Of a stretch of 64,000 nucleotides of DNA, positions 20,955 to 30,757 are shown piece after piece (within the stretch, counting starts at the first letter, position 1; every line of letters starts with the position of its first letter). This stretch comes from an uncultured Chloroflexia bacterium. GTDB lineage: Bacteria > Chloroflexota > Limnocylindria > Limnocylindrales > CSP1-4. The notes under the pieces are model-generated. The model was not told the DNA's origin and did not search any database. It saw nothing but the letters and a program-made list of their open reading frames with translations. The stretch spans positions 672,001 to 736,000 of the forward strand of contig CAWEYL010000001.1 of NCBI GenBank assembly GCA_963813335.1, written 5' to 3'. Made by a program: the position numbers and the translations under genes.

Positions 20955-22496
20955 GTGTCCGCGACGTCCCGACGCCGCGACCGCGCGTGGCCGTGGCTCG
21001 CCCTCGCGCTGATCGTGCTGGTCGGCGTCGGCCTGCGGGCGATCCCGCTCCTCCGCTCCGGCGGGCTCTTCTCCGGCATCCAGTACGACGACGGTGTCCA
21101 CCTCTGGGGTGCCGCCCTGCTCGCCGGCGGGCACCTGCCGTACGCCGATTTCACCTTCCTGCACCCGCCCGGCATCATGCTCGCCATGGCGCCGTTCGGG
21201 GCGCTCGTCGACGGCGGGGATCCGCGCACGGCGCTGGTCCTCAGCCGCTGGCTCGTGGTGCTCGTCGCGGCCCTGAACATCCTCCTGATCGCGGACCTCG
21301 GGCGCCGCTGGCGCGGCTGGCCGACCGGCCTCCTCGCCGCGAGCCTGTATGCCGTGAGCCTGGGGGCGCTGATCGCCGATGCGACGATCCTCCTCGAGCC
21401 CTTCCTGAGCCTCGCCTGCCTTGCCGCGCTCGACGTCTGGCTCGCCGGCGAGCGCAGTCGCCAGACGGCGCTCCGCTGCGTGGTCGTCGGCGCGCTGCTG
21501 GCGATCGGGCTCGCCTTCAAGCTGTGGGCCGCGGCCTACATCGTCGTCATCGGCGGGGTCTTCCTGCTGCGCGGCTCGTGGCGCGAACTCGCATGGACGG
21601 CCGTCGGTGGCGTCGTGGCCGGGGCCGTGCTGATCCTGCCATTCGTGGCGGCGGCCCCGGCTGCCTTCGTCCAGCAGGTCCTCGCGGTGCAGGCTGCCCG
21701 GTCCGCCGACGGCATCGACGTCCCCGCGGACCGGCTGACCGCGATGTTCGCCTTCGGGCCGGTCGGGGTCGGCGGGCAGGCGGTGGTCGGCGTGGCCGCG
21801 GCGGTCCTCGTGCTCGCGCTGGCCGGCGTCGTCGCCTGGCGCGGCGGGATGTTCGGCGCGGTCCTGGCGGCGCTCCTGGCGCTCATGACCGCGATGTTCA
21901 TCCTGTCGCCGAGCTTCTACGACCACTACCCGGCGTTCCTCGTGCCGATCGCCGCGCTCGTGATCGCGGGCGCGACGACCCTTGCGCTGGAGGCGCTCGG
22001 CCGGCGCGCACCGCGGCCGGCGACGACCGCTGCCGCCCTGCTCGTCGTCGCCGTGCTGGTCGGGGTCGGCGGGGTCCGGGCCATCCGCCAGACCATGCTC
22101 GGTCCCGGCCCGGAGGACCTCGGCGCGCAGATCGCGCGACTCGTCCCGGCCGATGCCTGCATCACCGCGGATGACCCCACCTGGCTGCTCGTCGCCGGGA
22201 GGTCACCACGTCCCGCTGCCGGCCAGCGACCGGTCGCCGACCTCTTCGGGGAGCGGGTCTTCCGCGCGACCGCCGGTGGCACGATCCGGTTCCCGACGAC
22301 CGGCGAGCTGCTGCTGGACGATGCCAGCCAGGATGCCCTTGCGAGCTACCTCGAGAGCTGCCCGTACGTGGTGCTCGGGGACGTCAAGGACGACACGTGG
22401 GCGGAGGACCGCTGGGCGGCCTTCACGGCCAGTCATCGCCTGATCGCGGACTGGACGGCCACCGGCGGGCCGCAGGTCTGGCAGGCCGCGTCCTGA
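20955..22496 (+). CDS. Polytopic membrane glycosyltransferase, GT-C fold (ArnT/PMT-like)
   Basis: YDDGV acidic motif in the first loop, LPYADF...HPPG, many TMs, C-terminal soluble domain. Confidence 0.7.
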   Translation: MSATSRRRDRAWPWLALALIVLVGVGLRAIPLLRSGGLFSGIQYDDGVHLWGAALLAGGHLPYADFTFLHPPGIMLAMAPFGALVDGGDPRTALVLSRWLVVLVAALNILLIADLGRRWRGWPTGLLAASLYAVSLGALIADATILLEPFLSLACLAALDVWLAGERSRQTALRCVVVGALLAIGLAFKLWAAAYIVVIGGVFLLRGSWRELAWTAVGGVVAGAVLILPFVAAAPAAFVQQVLAVQAARSADGIDVPADRLTAMFAFGPVGVGGQAVVGVAAAVLVLALAGVVAWRGGMFGAVLAALLALMTAMFILSPSFYDHYPAFLVPIAALVIAGATTLALEALGRRAPRPATTAAALLVVAVLVGVGGVRAIRQTMLGPGPEDLGAQIARLVPADACITADDPTWLLVAGRSPRPAAGQRPVADLFGERVFRATAGGTIRFPTTGELLLDDASQDALASYLESCPYVVLGDVKDDTWAEDRWAAFTASHRLIADWTATGGPQVWQAAS

Positions 22497-22521
22497 CGCG
22501 GTCCCGGGACCGGTCTCCCGA

Positions 22522-22550
22522 TTGAGCGTCCACCCATCCGGGTGTATACT
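22522..22550 (+). promoter_or_regulatory. Sigma70-type promoter of the nusA operon
   Basis: TTGAGC-17 nt-TATACT. Confidence 0.7.
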
Positions 22551-22578
22551 CCACGTCCAACTGAACGGCCGCTCCGTG

Positions 22579-22606
22579 ACGTGGGTGACCCCCACGTTTT
22601 GTTTTG
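22579..22606 (+). terminator. Leader hairpin/attenuator upstream of nusA
   Basis: ACGTGGG-TGACC-CCCACGT followed by TTTGTTTTT; resembles the conserved GTGGG/CCCAC leader of rimP-nusA operons. Confidence 0.7.
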
Positions 22607-22647
22607 AGCGGCGCGCGAATACCGACTACAGCGAAACGGAGGCCATC

Positions 22648-24030
22648 GTGAGTCGAGACTTCGTCGGTGCCCTCCTGCAACTCAACGCCGAAAAGCAGAT
22701 CTCCCGCGAACAGCTGATCGGCGCCGTCGAGGACGGCATCCAGTCCGCCTATCGCCGCGTCGCCGGTGACGAGGACATCCACGTCCGGATCGATGCCGAG
22801 ACCGGCAAGATCCGGGTCTACCGCGCCCGCCGCGTCGTCGAGGAGATCGAGGACGAGTTCACGGAGATGACCGTCGACCAGGCGCAGGCCTTCGACAAGA
22901 CCGCCAGCGTCGGCGATCTCGTCGAGACCGAGCAGCTCGACGGCGACGTCTTCGGCCGGATCGGCGCCCAGACCGCCAAGCAGATCGTCCTGCAGCGCAT
23001 CCGCGAGGTCGAGCGCGACCAGGTCTTCGACCAGTTCGCGAACCGCGAGGGCGAGCTGATCACCGGTACCGTCAACCGTGTCGAGCCGCGCGGCCTGATC
23101 CTCGACGTCGGCAAGGGCGTCGAAGCGGTGCTGCGACCGTCCGAGCAGAGCGCCCTCGAGCATTACCGCATCGGGCAGAACGTCAAGGCGTTCGTCCTCG
23201 AGGTCCGCCGTGCGACGCGCGGCCCCGAGATCCTCGTGAGCCGTACCCACAAGGGCTTCCTCAAGCGCCTGTTCGAGCTCGAGGTCCCGGAGATCCACAG
23301 CGGCACGGTCGAGATCAAGGCGATCGCCCGCGAGGCGGGCAGCCGCTCGAAGGTCGCCGTCGCGTCCCGGCAGGACGGCCTCGACCCGGTCGGGGCGACG
23401 GTCGGCCAGCGCGGCGCGCGCGTCCAGGCCGTGGTCGCCGAGCTGTCGGGCGAGAAGATCGACGTGATCCCCTGGAACGACGACGCCGGCGTCTTCGTCG
23501 CCAACGCCCTGAGCCCGGCGCAGGTGATCTCCGTCGACATCGACGAGGAGCACCGCATCGCGAGCGTCACGGTCCCGGAGCGGATGCTGTCGCTGGCCAT
23601 CGGCCGGGAGGGCCAGAACGCCCGGCTCGCGGCGCGGCTGACCGGCTGGCGCATCGATATCCGCAGCGACGTGTCCGTCGCCGAAGCCCGCGCGGCCGCT
23701 GACGCGGCCCCGGTCGTCGTGGACGAGGTTCCGGCCGTCGCGCCCGCCCCCGATGCCGTCGAGGCGCCGGCCAAGCCGAAGCGGGCCACCAGGAAGGTCG
23801 CCGTCGCGGCGGATGCCGCCGACGCTGCCCCGGCGGAGACGACCGTCGATGCGCCCGTGGCGCCCGAGACGCCAGCGGCACCCGCCAAGCCGAAGCGCGC
23901 CACCAAGAAGGCCGCCGAGACGACCGAAGCGGTCGCCGAGATCGCGGTCGCCGAGACCCCGGCCGCGGCACCCGCCAAGCCGAAGCGCACCACCAAGAAG
24001 GCGGCCGCAGCGGACGAGGTGACGTCGTAG
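22648..24030 (+). CDS. nusA: Transcription termination factor NusA with repetitive C-terminal tail
   Basis: FGRIGAQTAKQ, S1 and KH domains, AREAGSRSK, AIGREGQNARLAARLTGW; GGAGG before the GTG. Confidence 0.96.
   Translation: MSRDFVGALLQLNAEKQISREQLIGAVEDGIQSAYRRVAGDEDIHVRIDAETGKIRVYRARRVVEEIEDEFTEMTVDQAQAFDKTASVGDLVETEQLDGDVFGRIGAQTAKQIVLQRIREVERDQVFDQFANREGELITGTVNRVEPRGLILDVGKGVEAVLRPSEQSALEHYRIGQNVKAFVLEVRRATRGPEILVSRTHKGFLKRLFELEVPEIHSGTVEIKAIAREAGSRSKVAVASRQDGLDPVGATVGQRGARVQAVVAELSGEKIDVIPWNDDAGVFVANALSPAQVISVDIDEEHRIASVTVPERMLSLAIGREGQNARLAARLTGWRIDIRSDVSVAEARAAADAAPVVVDEVPAVAPAPDAVEAPAKPKRATRKVAVAADAADAAPAETTVDAPVAPETPAAPAKPKRATKKAAETTEAVAEIAVAETPAAAPAKPKRTTKKAAAADEVTS
23767..24006 (+). 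repeat. Three coding repeats PAKPKR(A/T)T(R/K)K in the NusA tail
   Basis: CC(G/C)GCCAAGCCGAAGCG at 23767, 23881 and 23971. Confidence 0.85.
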
Positions 24031-24344
24031 GCGCGGCCGCCCGCGCGTCGGCTCCCCGGCGCGTCCCGAACCGCTCCTGCGTCGTCTGTCGGACGGTCTA
24101 CCCGAAACGGGAGCTGTTGCGTATCGTTCGGACGCCGGACGGCTCGGTCGTGGCCGACCCGACCGGCCGACTGGCCGGGCGCGGCGCCTATGTCTGCCAC
24201 CAGGAAGCCTGCCGTTCGCAGGCGATCAGCAAGGGTGCCCTGAGCCGGGCACTCCACACCGCCGTCCCGAGCGACGTCAAGGCGACGCTCGAGGCAGCCA
24301 TCATCACCGACACCACCGAAGGAGGAGCCCGTGGCCAGGAGTAG
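24027..24344 (+). CDS. ylxR: YlxR/RnpM family RNA-binding protein
   Basis: PNRSCVVCR...KRELLRIVR...GRGAYVC; homology begins upstream of the first canonical start (TTG 24117). Confidence 0.88.
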   Translation, partial: VGAAARASAPRRVPNRSCVVCRTVYPKRELLRIVRTPDGSVVADPTGRLAGRGAYVCHQEACRSQAISKGALSRALHTAVPSDVKATLEAAIITDTTEGGARGQE

Positions 24345-26236
24345 GAGCGGCACGCGCGGCCGGCGCGGGCCCCGCAAGCCACCGCGTCGAGACGGCGCAT
24401 TCAATGGCGGGAACGTCCAGGTCGCCGATCCGCGCGAGCGCGGCGCGATCGAGCTGCCGGGCACCATCACCGTCAAGGAGCTTGCCGAGCTCCTGTCGGT
24501 CAACCCGGCGGACGTCATCCGCGAGCTGATCAAGAGCGGCATCTTCGCGACCATCAACCAGCTGATCGACCGCGACACCGCGTCGCTGGTCGCCGGCGAG
24601 CTCGGCTACGAAGTGGCCGAGACCGTCGCGGCGACCGCCGGCGTGGCCGACGCCGACGGCGAGGCCAAGGTGGACGCCGCGACCAAGGAGGTCCTCTTCG
24701 AGGAGGACGATCCCTCGGAGCTCCAGCCGCGAGCCCCGATCGTGACCGTCATGGGCCACGTCGACCACGGCAAGACCAGCCTGCTCGACGCGCTCCGCTC
24801 GACCGAGGTCGCCGCCGGCGAGCGTGGTGGCATCACCCAGCACATCGGGGCGAGCGAGGTCACCCACGACGGCAAGCGCGTGGTCTTCCTCGACACGCCG
24901 GGTCACGAGGCGTTCACGGCCATGCGCGCCCGCGGCGCGAAGGTCACCGACATCGCGATCGTCGTGGTCGCCGCGGACGACGGGGTCATGCCCCAGACGC
25001 TCGAGGCCATCAGCCACGCCAAGGCGGCCAAGGTGCCGATCATCATCGCGCTCAACAAGATCGACAAGCCGGATTCGAACCCGGACCGTGTGAAGACCGA
25101 GCTCACCGAGGCCGGCATCGTGGTCGAGGAGTACGGCGGCGACGTGCCGCTCGTGCCGGTCTCGGCCAAGAGCCGCCAGGGCCTCGACGAGCTGATCGAG
25201 ATGGTCCTGCTGGTCGCCGACCTCCAGGAGCTCAAGGCGAACCCGAAGCGGAGCGCGGTCGGCACCATCGTGGAGGCGGAACTCGACAAGGGCCGCGGCC
25301 CCGTCGCGACCGCCCTCATCCAGACCGGCACGCTCAAGGTCGGCGACATCATCGTCGTCGGCGAGACCTTCGGCCGCGTCCGGGCGCTCGAGAACGACAA
25401 GGGCAAGCGCGTCACCAAGGCCGGACCCGCCTCGGCGGTGGTCGTCCTCGGCCTCGCCGACGTACCCCAGGCCGGCGACATCCTGCGCGTCGCCTCTGAC
25501 GAGAAGGAAGCCCGCACGCTCGTCGAGAGCCGCAAGGCCGAAATCGGCGGCGCGGGCCGGCGACGGCAGCGGGCGCGCGACCCTCGAGGACCTCTACCGC
25601 CAGATCCAGGCCGGCCAGGCCAAGGAGCTGCGGATCATCCTCAAGGCCGACGTGTCCGGCTCGCTGGGTGCCATCACCCACGCGCTCGAGCAGCTCGACC
25701 AGGACGAGATCCGGGTCAACGTCCTGCTCGAGGGCGCCGGCGACATCACCGACAACGACATCATGCTGGCGACCGCGTCGGACGCGATCGTGGTCGGCTT
25801 CAACACCAAGATCACCGAAACGGCCCGCCGTTCCGCCGAGGCGGAGGGCGTCGACGTCCGGCTCTACGACATCATCTACAAGCTGACCGACGACATCGGG
25901 GCGGCCCTGAAGGGCCTGCTCGAGCCCGTCGTCGTCGAGGTGGTCGAGGGCCGCGCGGAGGTCCGCCAGATCTTCCGGGTCGGCAAGAGCACGGTCATCG
26001 CCGGCTGCTACGTCACCGACGGGCGGATCGTCCGCGGCGGCGCGCGCGTCTGGCGCGGCGGCAAGATCGTGGCGACCGACAAGATCGAGTCCCTGCGCCG
26101 CTTCCGCGACGACGTCCGCGAGGTGCTCGCCAACTACGAGTGCGGCATCGGCCTCGCCGATTACCACGACCTCGAGGAAGGCGACATCATCGAGTGTTTC
26201 ACCTCTCAGACCGTTAGCCGGGCTGTGACCGGCTAA
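24331..26236 (+). CDS. infB: Translation initiation factor IF-2 (one +1 frameshift near 25541, probably a sequence error)
   Basis: [21 protein letters not shown] in the first frame; LKADVSGS...[16 protein letters not shown] continues in the shifted frame to the stop at 26236. Confidence 0.95.
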
Positions 26237-26240
26237 CGGG

Positions 26241-26358
26241 GTCGCCGCCCCGAACGCCCACGCGTGCGTTGCCATCTGCGCTCCTCGCTCACGCACCTTG
26301 GGGTGCGCTCGCTCTGGTGCTCGATGGCGCCTTCGTGTGGACGCCCGGCATCGGCGAC
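26241..26358. repeat. Long imperfect palindromic intergenic element
   Basis: Nested stems GTCGCCG/CGGCGAC, CCACGCG/CGTGTGG, GCCATC/GATGGC and CGCACC-TTGG-GGTGCG. Confidence 0.65.
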
Positions 26359-26377
26359 GGCTAGGTAAGGACCGTCG

Positions 26378-26866
26378 ATGACGCAACGCACGAACAAACT
26401 GGATCAGCTCCTGCGGGAAGAGATCGGGTCGATCGTGAGCCGCGATGTCGCGGATCCGCGCGTCGGGTTCGTCACCATCACTAGCGTCGAGACGACGCCG
26501 GACCTGCGGCATGCCAAGGTCTGGGTGAGCGTGATCGGGCAACCGGCGGAGCGGACCGCGGCCATCGCCGCGCTCGGTCGGGCCATGCCGTTCGTCCGCC
26601 GCGAGCTGGGCGTCCGGCTGCGCCTCAAGCGCATCCCGGACCTGCACGTCCACGAGGACGACACGGCGGAGCGGGGGACCCGCGTGCTGCAGCTGCTCAA
26701 CGACCTCGAGCGCGGCGAGGAGCCCGCCGTCGACCTCGCGACCGGCGAATCGCTGCCGACCCCCGTCGCCCGCCTGCCGCACGACGGCGACCTCGGCGAG
26801 GAGCCGCCCTCGGCGGTGCGCCCGCCGGTCCGCCGGAAGCGGTCGACCTCGAAGGCGCGCCGGTGA
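26378..26866 (+). CDS. rbfA: Ribosome-binding factor A
   Basis: DPRVGFVTITSV..TPDLRHAKVWVS, RIPDL; follows infB. Confidence 0.95.
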   Translation: MTQRTNKLDQLLREEIGSIVSRDVADPRVGFVTITSVETTPDLRHAKVWVSVIGQPAERTAAIAALGRAMPFVRRELGVRLRLKRIPDLHVHEDDTAERGTRVLQLLNDLERGEEPAVDLATGESLPTPVARLPHDGDLGEEPPSAVRPPVRRKRSTSKARR

Positions 26867-27882
26867 CCGTCGATCTCTCGCCATATCTGGACGCGGTCCC
26901 GGACATCGTCGTCGAGCGGCTGCGCGCCGCGCGGCGCGTGCTGGCCGTGGGCCACGAGAACCCGGACGCCGACACGCTCGGGGCCAGCCTCGCGATCGTC
27001 CATCTCGTGGAGGCGCTCGGCGGCGCCGCCGACCCGGTCACGTCCGACCCGCCGCCCCCGCTGTACGACTTCCTGACCGGCGTGGACCGCGTCCGCCGTG
27101 ACCCGGACCCGGCCGCCGACTACGACCTCGTCGTGATCTCGGACTGCGGCTCGCTCGAGCGGGTCGGGTCGGTCGGGGTCCGCCATGCGGACCTGTTCGC
27201 GCGGGTGCCGCGCATCGTCATCGACCACCACGCGTCGAACCAGGTCGAGGGAGACGCCGACTGGGTGGACCCCGACGCCGCCGCGACCTGCGAGATGGTG
27301 ACGCTGCTCGCGGTCCGTCTCGGCATCCCGCTCGACATCGACGGCGGGGCCATGGCGACCGCCTTGATGGGTGGCATCGTGATGGATACCGCGACCTTCG
27401 CCCACCCGAACGCCACCCCGCGCACCCTGGCCGTCTCGGCGGCCCTGGTGGCGGCCGGCGCCCCGCTCTCGGACATCTCGAGGCGCCTCTATCGGACCAA
27501 GCCGGACACCCAGCTCCGCCTGTTCGGGCTCGTGCTGGGACGCATGCAGAGCGTGGACGGCGGGCGGATCGTCTGGTCGACCCTCGAGGACGGGGACCTC
27601 GTCGAGACCGGCACCCAGCCGCCGCACTCCGAGGGCATCATCGACCTGCTCGCCCAGGCCGAGGACGCCGAGGTGGCCATCCTGTTCAAGGAGGACGCTC
27701 GCGGCACGCGGCTGAGCGTCCGGACCCGGCCCGGCGGCGTGGACGCGACCGTGCTCACCGGGACGTTCGGCGGGGGAGGGCACGCCCGCGCGGCGGGAGC
27801 CACGCTCGCGATGCCGATCGCCGAGGCGCAGCCGGTCGTCCTGGCCGAGGCGAAGCGGCTCGTGGCCGACGTCCGGCGCTGA
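26863..27882 (+). CDS. nrnA: DHH/DHHA1 nanoRNase / pAp phosphatase
   Basis: HENPDAD, IDHH, DT, GGGGHARAAG. Confidence 0.9.
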   Translation: MTVDLSPYLDAVPDIVVERLRAARRVLAVGHENPDADTLGASLAIVHLVEALGGAADPVTSDPPPPLYDFLTGVDRVRRDPDPAADYDLVVISDCGSLERVGSVGVRHADLFARVPRIVIDHHASNQVEGDADWVDPDAAATCEMVTLLAVRLGIPLDIDGGAMATALMGGIVMDTATFAHPNATPRTLAVSAALVAAGAPLSDISRRLYRTKPDTQLRLFGLVLGRMQSVDGGRIVWSTLEDGDLVETGTQPPHSEGIIDLLAQAEDAEVAILFKEDARGTRLSVRTRPGGVDATVLTGTFGGGGHARAAGATLAMPIAEAQPVVLAEAKRLVADVRR

Positions 27883-27884
27883 CG

Positions 27885-28838
27885 ATGGCCCACCGATCGC
27901 TCGGCCCGGGGCTCGACGGCATCCTCGTGATCGCCAAGCCTGGCGGACCCACCTCGCACGACGTGGTGGCCCTGGTGCGCCGTCTCGCCGCCACCAGGCG
28001 GGTCGGCCACGGCGGGACCCTCGACCCCTTCGCGTCGGGGGTGCTGCCGGTCTTCCTCGGCCACGGGACGCGGGTCGTGGAATACCACTCGGGCGACCGG
28101 AAAGGCTACCGCGCGACCGTCTGCTTCGGGGCCTCGTCGTCCACCGACGACCTCGAGGGCGAGCTCGTGCCATCGAGTGGGCCGGCGCCGACGCGCGAGA
28201 CGGTCCAGGCGGCCCTGGCCGCGTTCACCGGCGCGATCTCGCAGCGCCCACCGGCGTTCAGTGCCATCAAGGTCGGCGGGCGCCGCGCCTACGCGCTGGC
28301 TCGCGCGGGCGAGACCGTCGTGCTCGCCGAGCGCGAGGTCACCATCCACGAGCTGACGATGCTCGAGTGGGACGGCAGCGACCCCGATCGCCCGATCGCG
28401 ATCCTCGACGTCAGCTGCTCCGCGGGCACGTACATCCGGGCGCTCGCGCGCGACCTCGGCGATCGGCTGGGGACGGCCGCCTACCTGGGCTCGCTCGTGC
28501 GGACGGCATCGGGGCCGTTCCGGCTGGATGCCGCCATCCCGCTCGACGCCGTGCGCGACGCGGCTGCGGGCGGTCCGGCGGGCCTCGTGCCGCTGCTCCA
28601 GCCGATCGACACCGGCCTCGAGGCCTTCCCCGAGGTCGCATTGACCGCCGAGGAGACCCGCAGCGTCGCCCGCGGCCAGTTCGTCTCGCCTGCGGCGGGC
28701 CTGCCCGGCCCGTCCGACCACTACCGGCTGCGCGGCCCGGACGGCGCGCTCGTCGCGATCGCGAGCTCGTCCGGCGGCCGCCTCGCCCCGGACAAGGTCT
28801 TCGCGAGCCCGGCGCCGGTCGTGGCCGCACGGGCCTGA
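27885..28838 (+). CDS. truB: tRNA pseudouridine(55) synthase
   Basis: KPGGPTSHDVV, GHGGTLDPFASGVL, CSAGTYIRAL. Confidence 0.96.
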   Translation: MAHRSLGPGLDGILVIAKPGGPTSHDVVALVRRLAATRRVGHGGTLDPFASGVLPVFLGHGTRVVEYHSGDRKGYRATVCFGASSSTDDLEGELVPSSGPAPTRETVQAALAAFTGAISQRPPAFSAIKVGGRRAYALARAGETVVLAEREVTIHELTMLEWDGSDPDRPIAILDVSCSAGTYIRALARDLGDRLGTAAYLGSLVRTASGPFRLDAAIPLDAVRDAAAGGPAGLVPLLQPIDTGLEAFPEVALTAEETRSVARGQFVSPAAGLPGPSDHYRLRGPDGALVAIASSSGGRLAPDKVFASPAPVVAARA

Positions 28839-28846
28839 CGAGCGAC

Positions 28847-29593
28847 ATGCGGGTCGTCAACGGCGTCGATGCGCTGCCGGCCGAGGTCAGTCCCGTCTTC
28901 GTCGTCGTCGGCGTCTTCGACGGGCTCCATCTCGGCCATCGCTACCTGCTCGAGCACCTCGTCGCCGAGGCCGCCCGCCGCGACGCCACTCCGACCGTCA
29001 TCACCTTCGACCACCACCCCGACGAGGTCCTGACCGGAAGCGCGCCGCCACTCCTGATCGACCCCGATGAGCGCCTCCAGCGGCTCGATGCGGCCGGGAT
29101 CGCGGTGACTGTCGTCCAGCACTTCGACGACGCCCTGCGGCACACCCCGTACGACGCGTTCGTCGAGCGCATCCGGGCCCGCGTCGCCCTGAGCGGGTTC
29201 CTGATGACGCCCGACGCGGCGTTCGGCTTCGAGCGACGCGGCACGCCGCAGGCGCTCGCCGAGCTGGGCGCGCGCGACGGCTTCGATGTCGTCGTCGTGC
29301 CGCCGTTCACGCTCGAGGGCCGGCCCGTCCGCAGCACCGATGTCCGCGCCGCGATCGCCGGGGGTGATCTCGACACGGCCGGACGCCTCCTGGGGCGGCC
29401 CGTGAGCCTGACCGGGGCTGTCGATGGGGCGGGTCACCTCCGGTTCGAGCTGCCGATAGCGCTCCCGCCCGACGGCACGTACCAGGCGGTCCTCGGCGGC
29501 GCGACAGCCACGATCGACATCCGAGACGGCGCCGTGCGCCTTGGCGATTTCATCACCGCCCCACGCGTCACCCTCGAGCTGCGCGAGCGCTAG
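28847..29593 (+). CDS. ribF: FAD synthetase (RibF N-terminal domain) with a degenerate riboflavin-kinase remnant
   Basis: GVFDGLHLGH, TFDHHP, FGFERRG, RSTDVR..GRLLGRP; C-terminus short and lacks GFPTAN. Confidence 0.85.
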   Translation: MRVVNGVDALPAEVSPVFVVVGVFDGLHLGHRYLLEHLVAEAARRDATPTVITFDHHPDEVLTGSAPPLLIDPDERLQRLDAAGIAVTVVQHFDDALRHTPYDAFVERIRARVALSGFLMTPDAAFGFERRGTPQALAELGARDGFDVVVVPPFTLEGRPVRSTDVRAAIAGGDLDTAGRLLGRPVSLTGAVDGAGHLRFELPIALPPDGTYQAVLGGATATIDIRDGAVRLGDFITAPRVTLELRER

Positions 29594-29616
29594 GCGCGAG
29601 TCGGTATCCTCTGGTC

Positions 29617-30135
29617 ATGGCTCGATCGATGGAACTCGCCCAGCTCAACGTCGGCCGCATGCTCGCCCCGCTGGACGCCCCGGAGATCGCGGGGTTCGTG
29701 GCGGAGCTCGAGCCCGTCAACCGACTCGCGGACGCAAGCCCCGGCTTCGTGTGGCGACTCCAGACCGATCAGGGGAACGCGACGGCGATGCGCCCGACCG
29801 ATGACGCCCTGTTCCTCATCAACTTGAGCGTCTGGGCTTCGATCGAGGCCTTGCGCGCCTTCACGTATGACACGGCCCATATGCAGGTCCTGCGGCGGCG
29901 GCGCGAATGGTTCGAGCGGCTCGCGACGGCCCATCTCGTGTTGTGGTGGGTGCCCGTCGGTCACCGGCCGACGATCGAGGAGGCGCTTGCCCGCCTGGAC
30001 CTCTTGCGGCGAGACGGCCCGACCCCGGCGGCGTTCACGTTCCGCACGCCGTTCGAGCCCGATGCGCTGGGGCCCGGCGATCCGCTCGTCGACGCGGAGT
30101 TCTGCTGGCCCGAGTTGGCGACGACCCCGGTCTAG
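29617..30135 (+). CDS. DUF3291 family protein
   Basis: LAQLN...[15 protein letters not shown]...NLSVW...RRREWF...LWWV...GPTPAAFTF. Confidence 0.85.
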   Translation: MARSMELAQLNVGRMLAPLDAPEIAGFVAELEPVNRLADASPGFVWRLQTDQGNATAMRPTDDALFLINLSVWASIEALRAFTYDTAHMQVLRRRREWFERLATAHLVLWWVPVGHRPTIEEALARLDLLRRDGPTPAAFTFRTPFEPDALGPGDPLVDAEFCWPELATTPV

Positions 30136-30695
30136 CCGCCCGGCCGCCAGAGTGGTTCGGCGACGCCGCGCTCGTGGTTCTCGTAGCGCGCCATGACGAA
30201 GAGCGCGTCCGAGAGCCGGTTGAGGTACGCGAGCACGTGCTCGCCGATCGCCTCGTCGCGGCCCAGCCTGACGGCCTCGCGCTCGGCGCGTCGGCAGATG
30301 GTGCGCGCGACGTGCAGGTGCGCGGCGCCCGGCGCGCCGCCCGGCAGGATGAAGTTGGTGAGCGGCCCCACGACCTCGTTGAACTCGTCGATGAGGCGTT
30401 CGAGCTTCTCGACGTGTCGCGGTTCGACGGTCGGGATCCGCGCGCGTCGAGGATCGTCAGATGGCCAGCACAGGTCCGAGCCCAGGTCGAACAGCTCGTT
30501 CTGGATCAACGTCAGCTCGATCGTCAGCCGCTCGCACAGACCAACGGCGATCGTCACGCCGATTTGCGAGTTGAGCTCGTCGACGGTGCCGTACGTGACG
30601 ACCCGCCGGGCGTCCTTGGCGACCCGCTGGCCACCGCCGAGCCCGGTCATCCCCTCGTCGCCGGTCTTCGTGTAGATGCGATCCAGGTTGGGCAT
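30132..30695 (-). CDS. PduO-type cob(I)alamin adenosyltransferase
   Basis: [44 protein letters not shown]. Confidence 0.93.
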   Translation of the reverse strand: MPNLDRIYTKTGDEGMTGLGGGQRVAKDARRVVTYGTVDELNSQIGVTIAVGLCERLTIELTLIQNELFDLGSDLCWPSDDPRRARIPTVEPRHVEKLERLIDEFNEVVGPLTNFILPGGAPGAAHLHVARTICRRAEREAVRLGRDEAIGEHVLAYLNRLSDALFVMARYENHERGVAEPLWRPGG

Positions 30696-30757
30696 CGTCG
30701 CGCTCCGTGTGGTGGCAGGCACGACGTAGCGTACCGGTCCGAGGAGGACCTCCGCGC

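Noticed and set aside
25540-25560. Programmed frameshift or pseudogene in infB
   Set aside because: Essential gene, no slippery site, and other similar indels in the window point to sequence error
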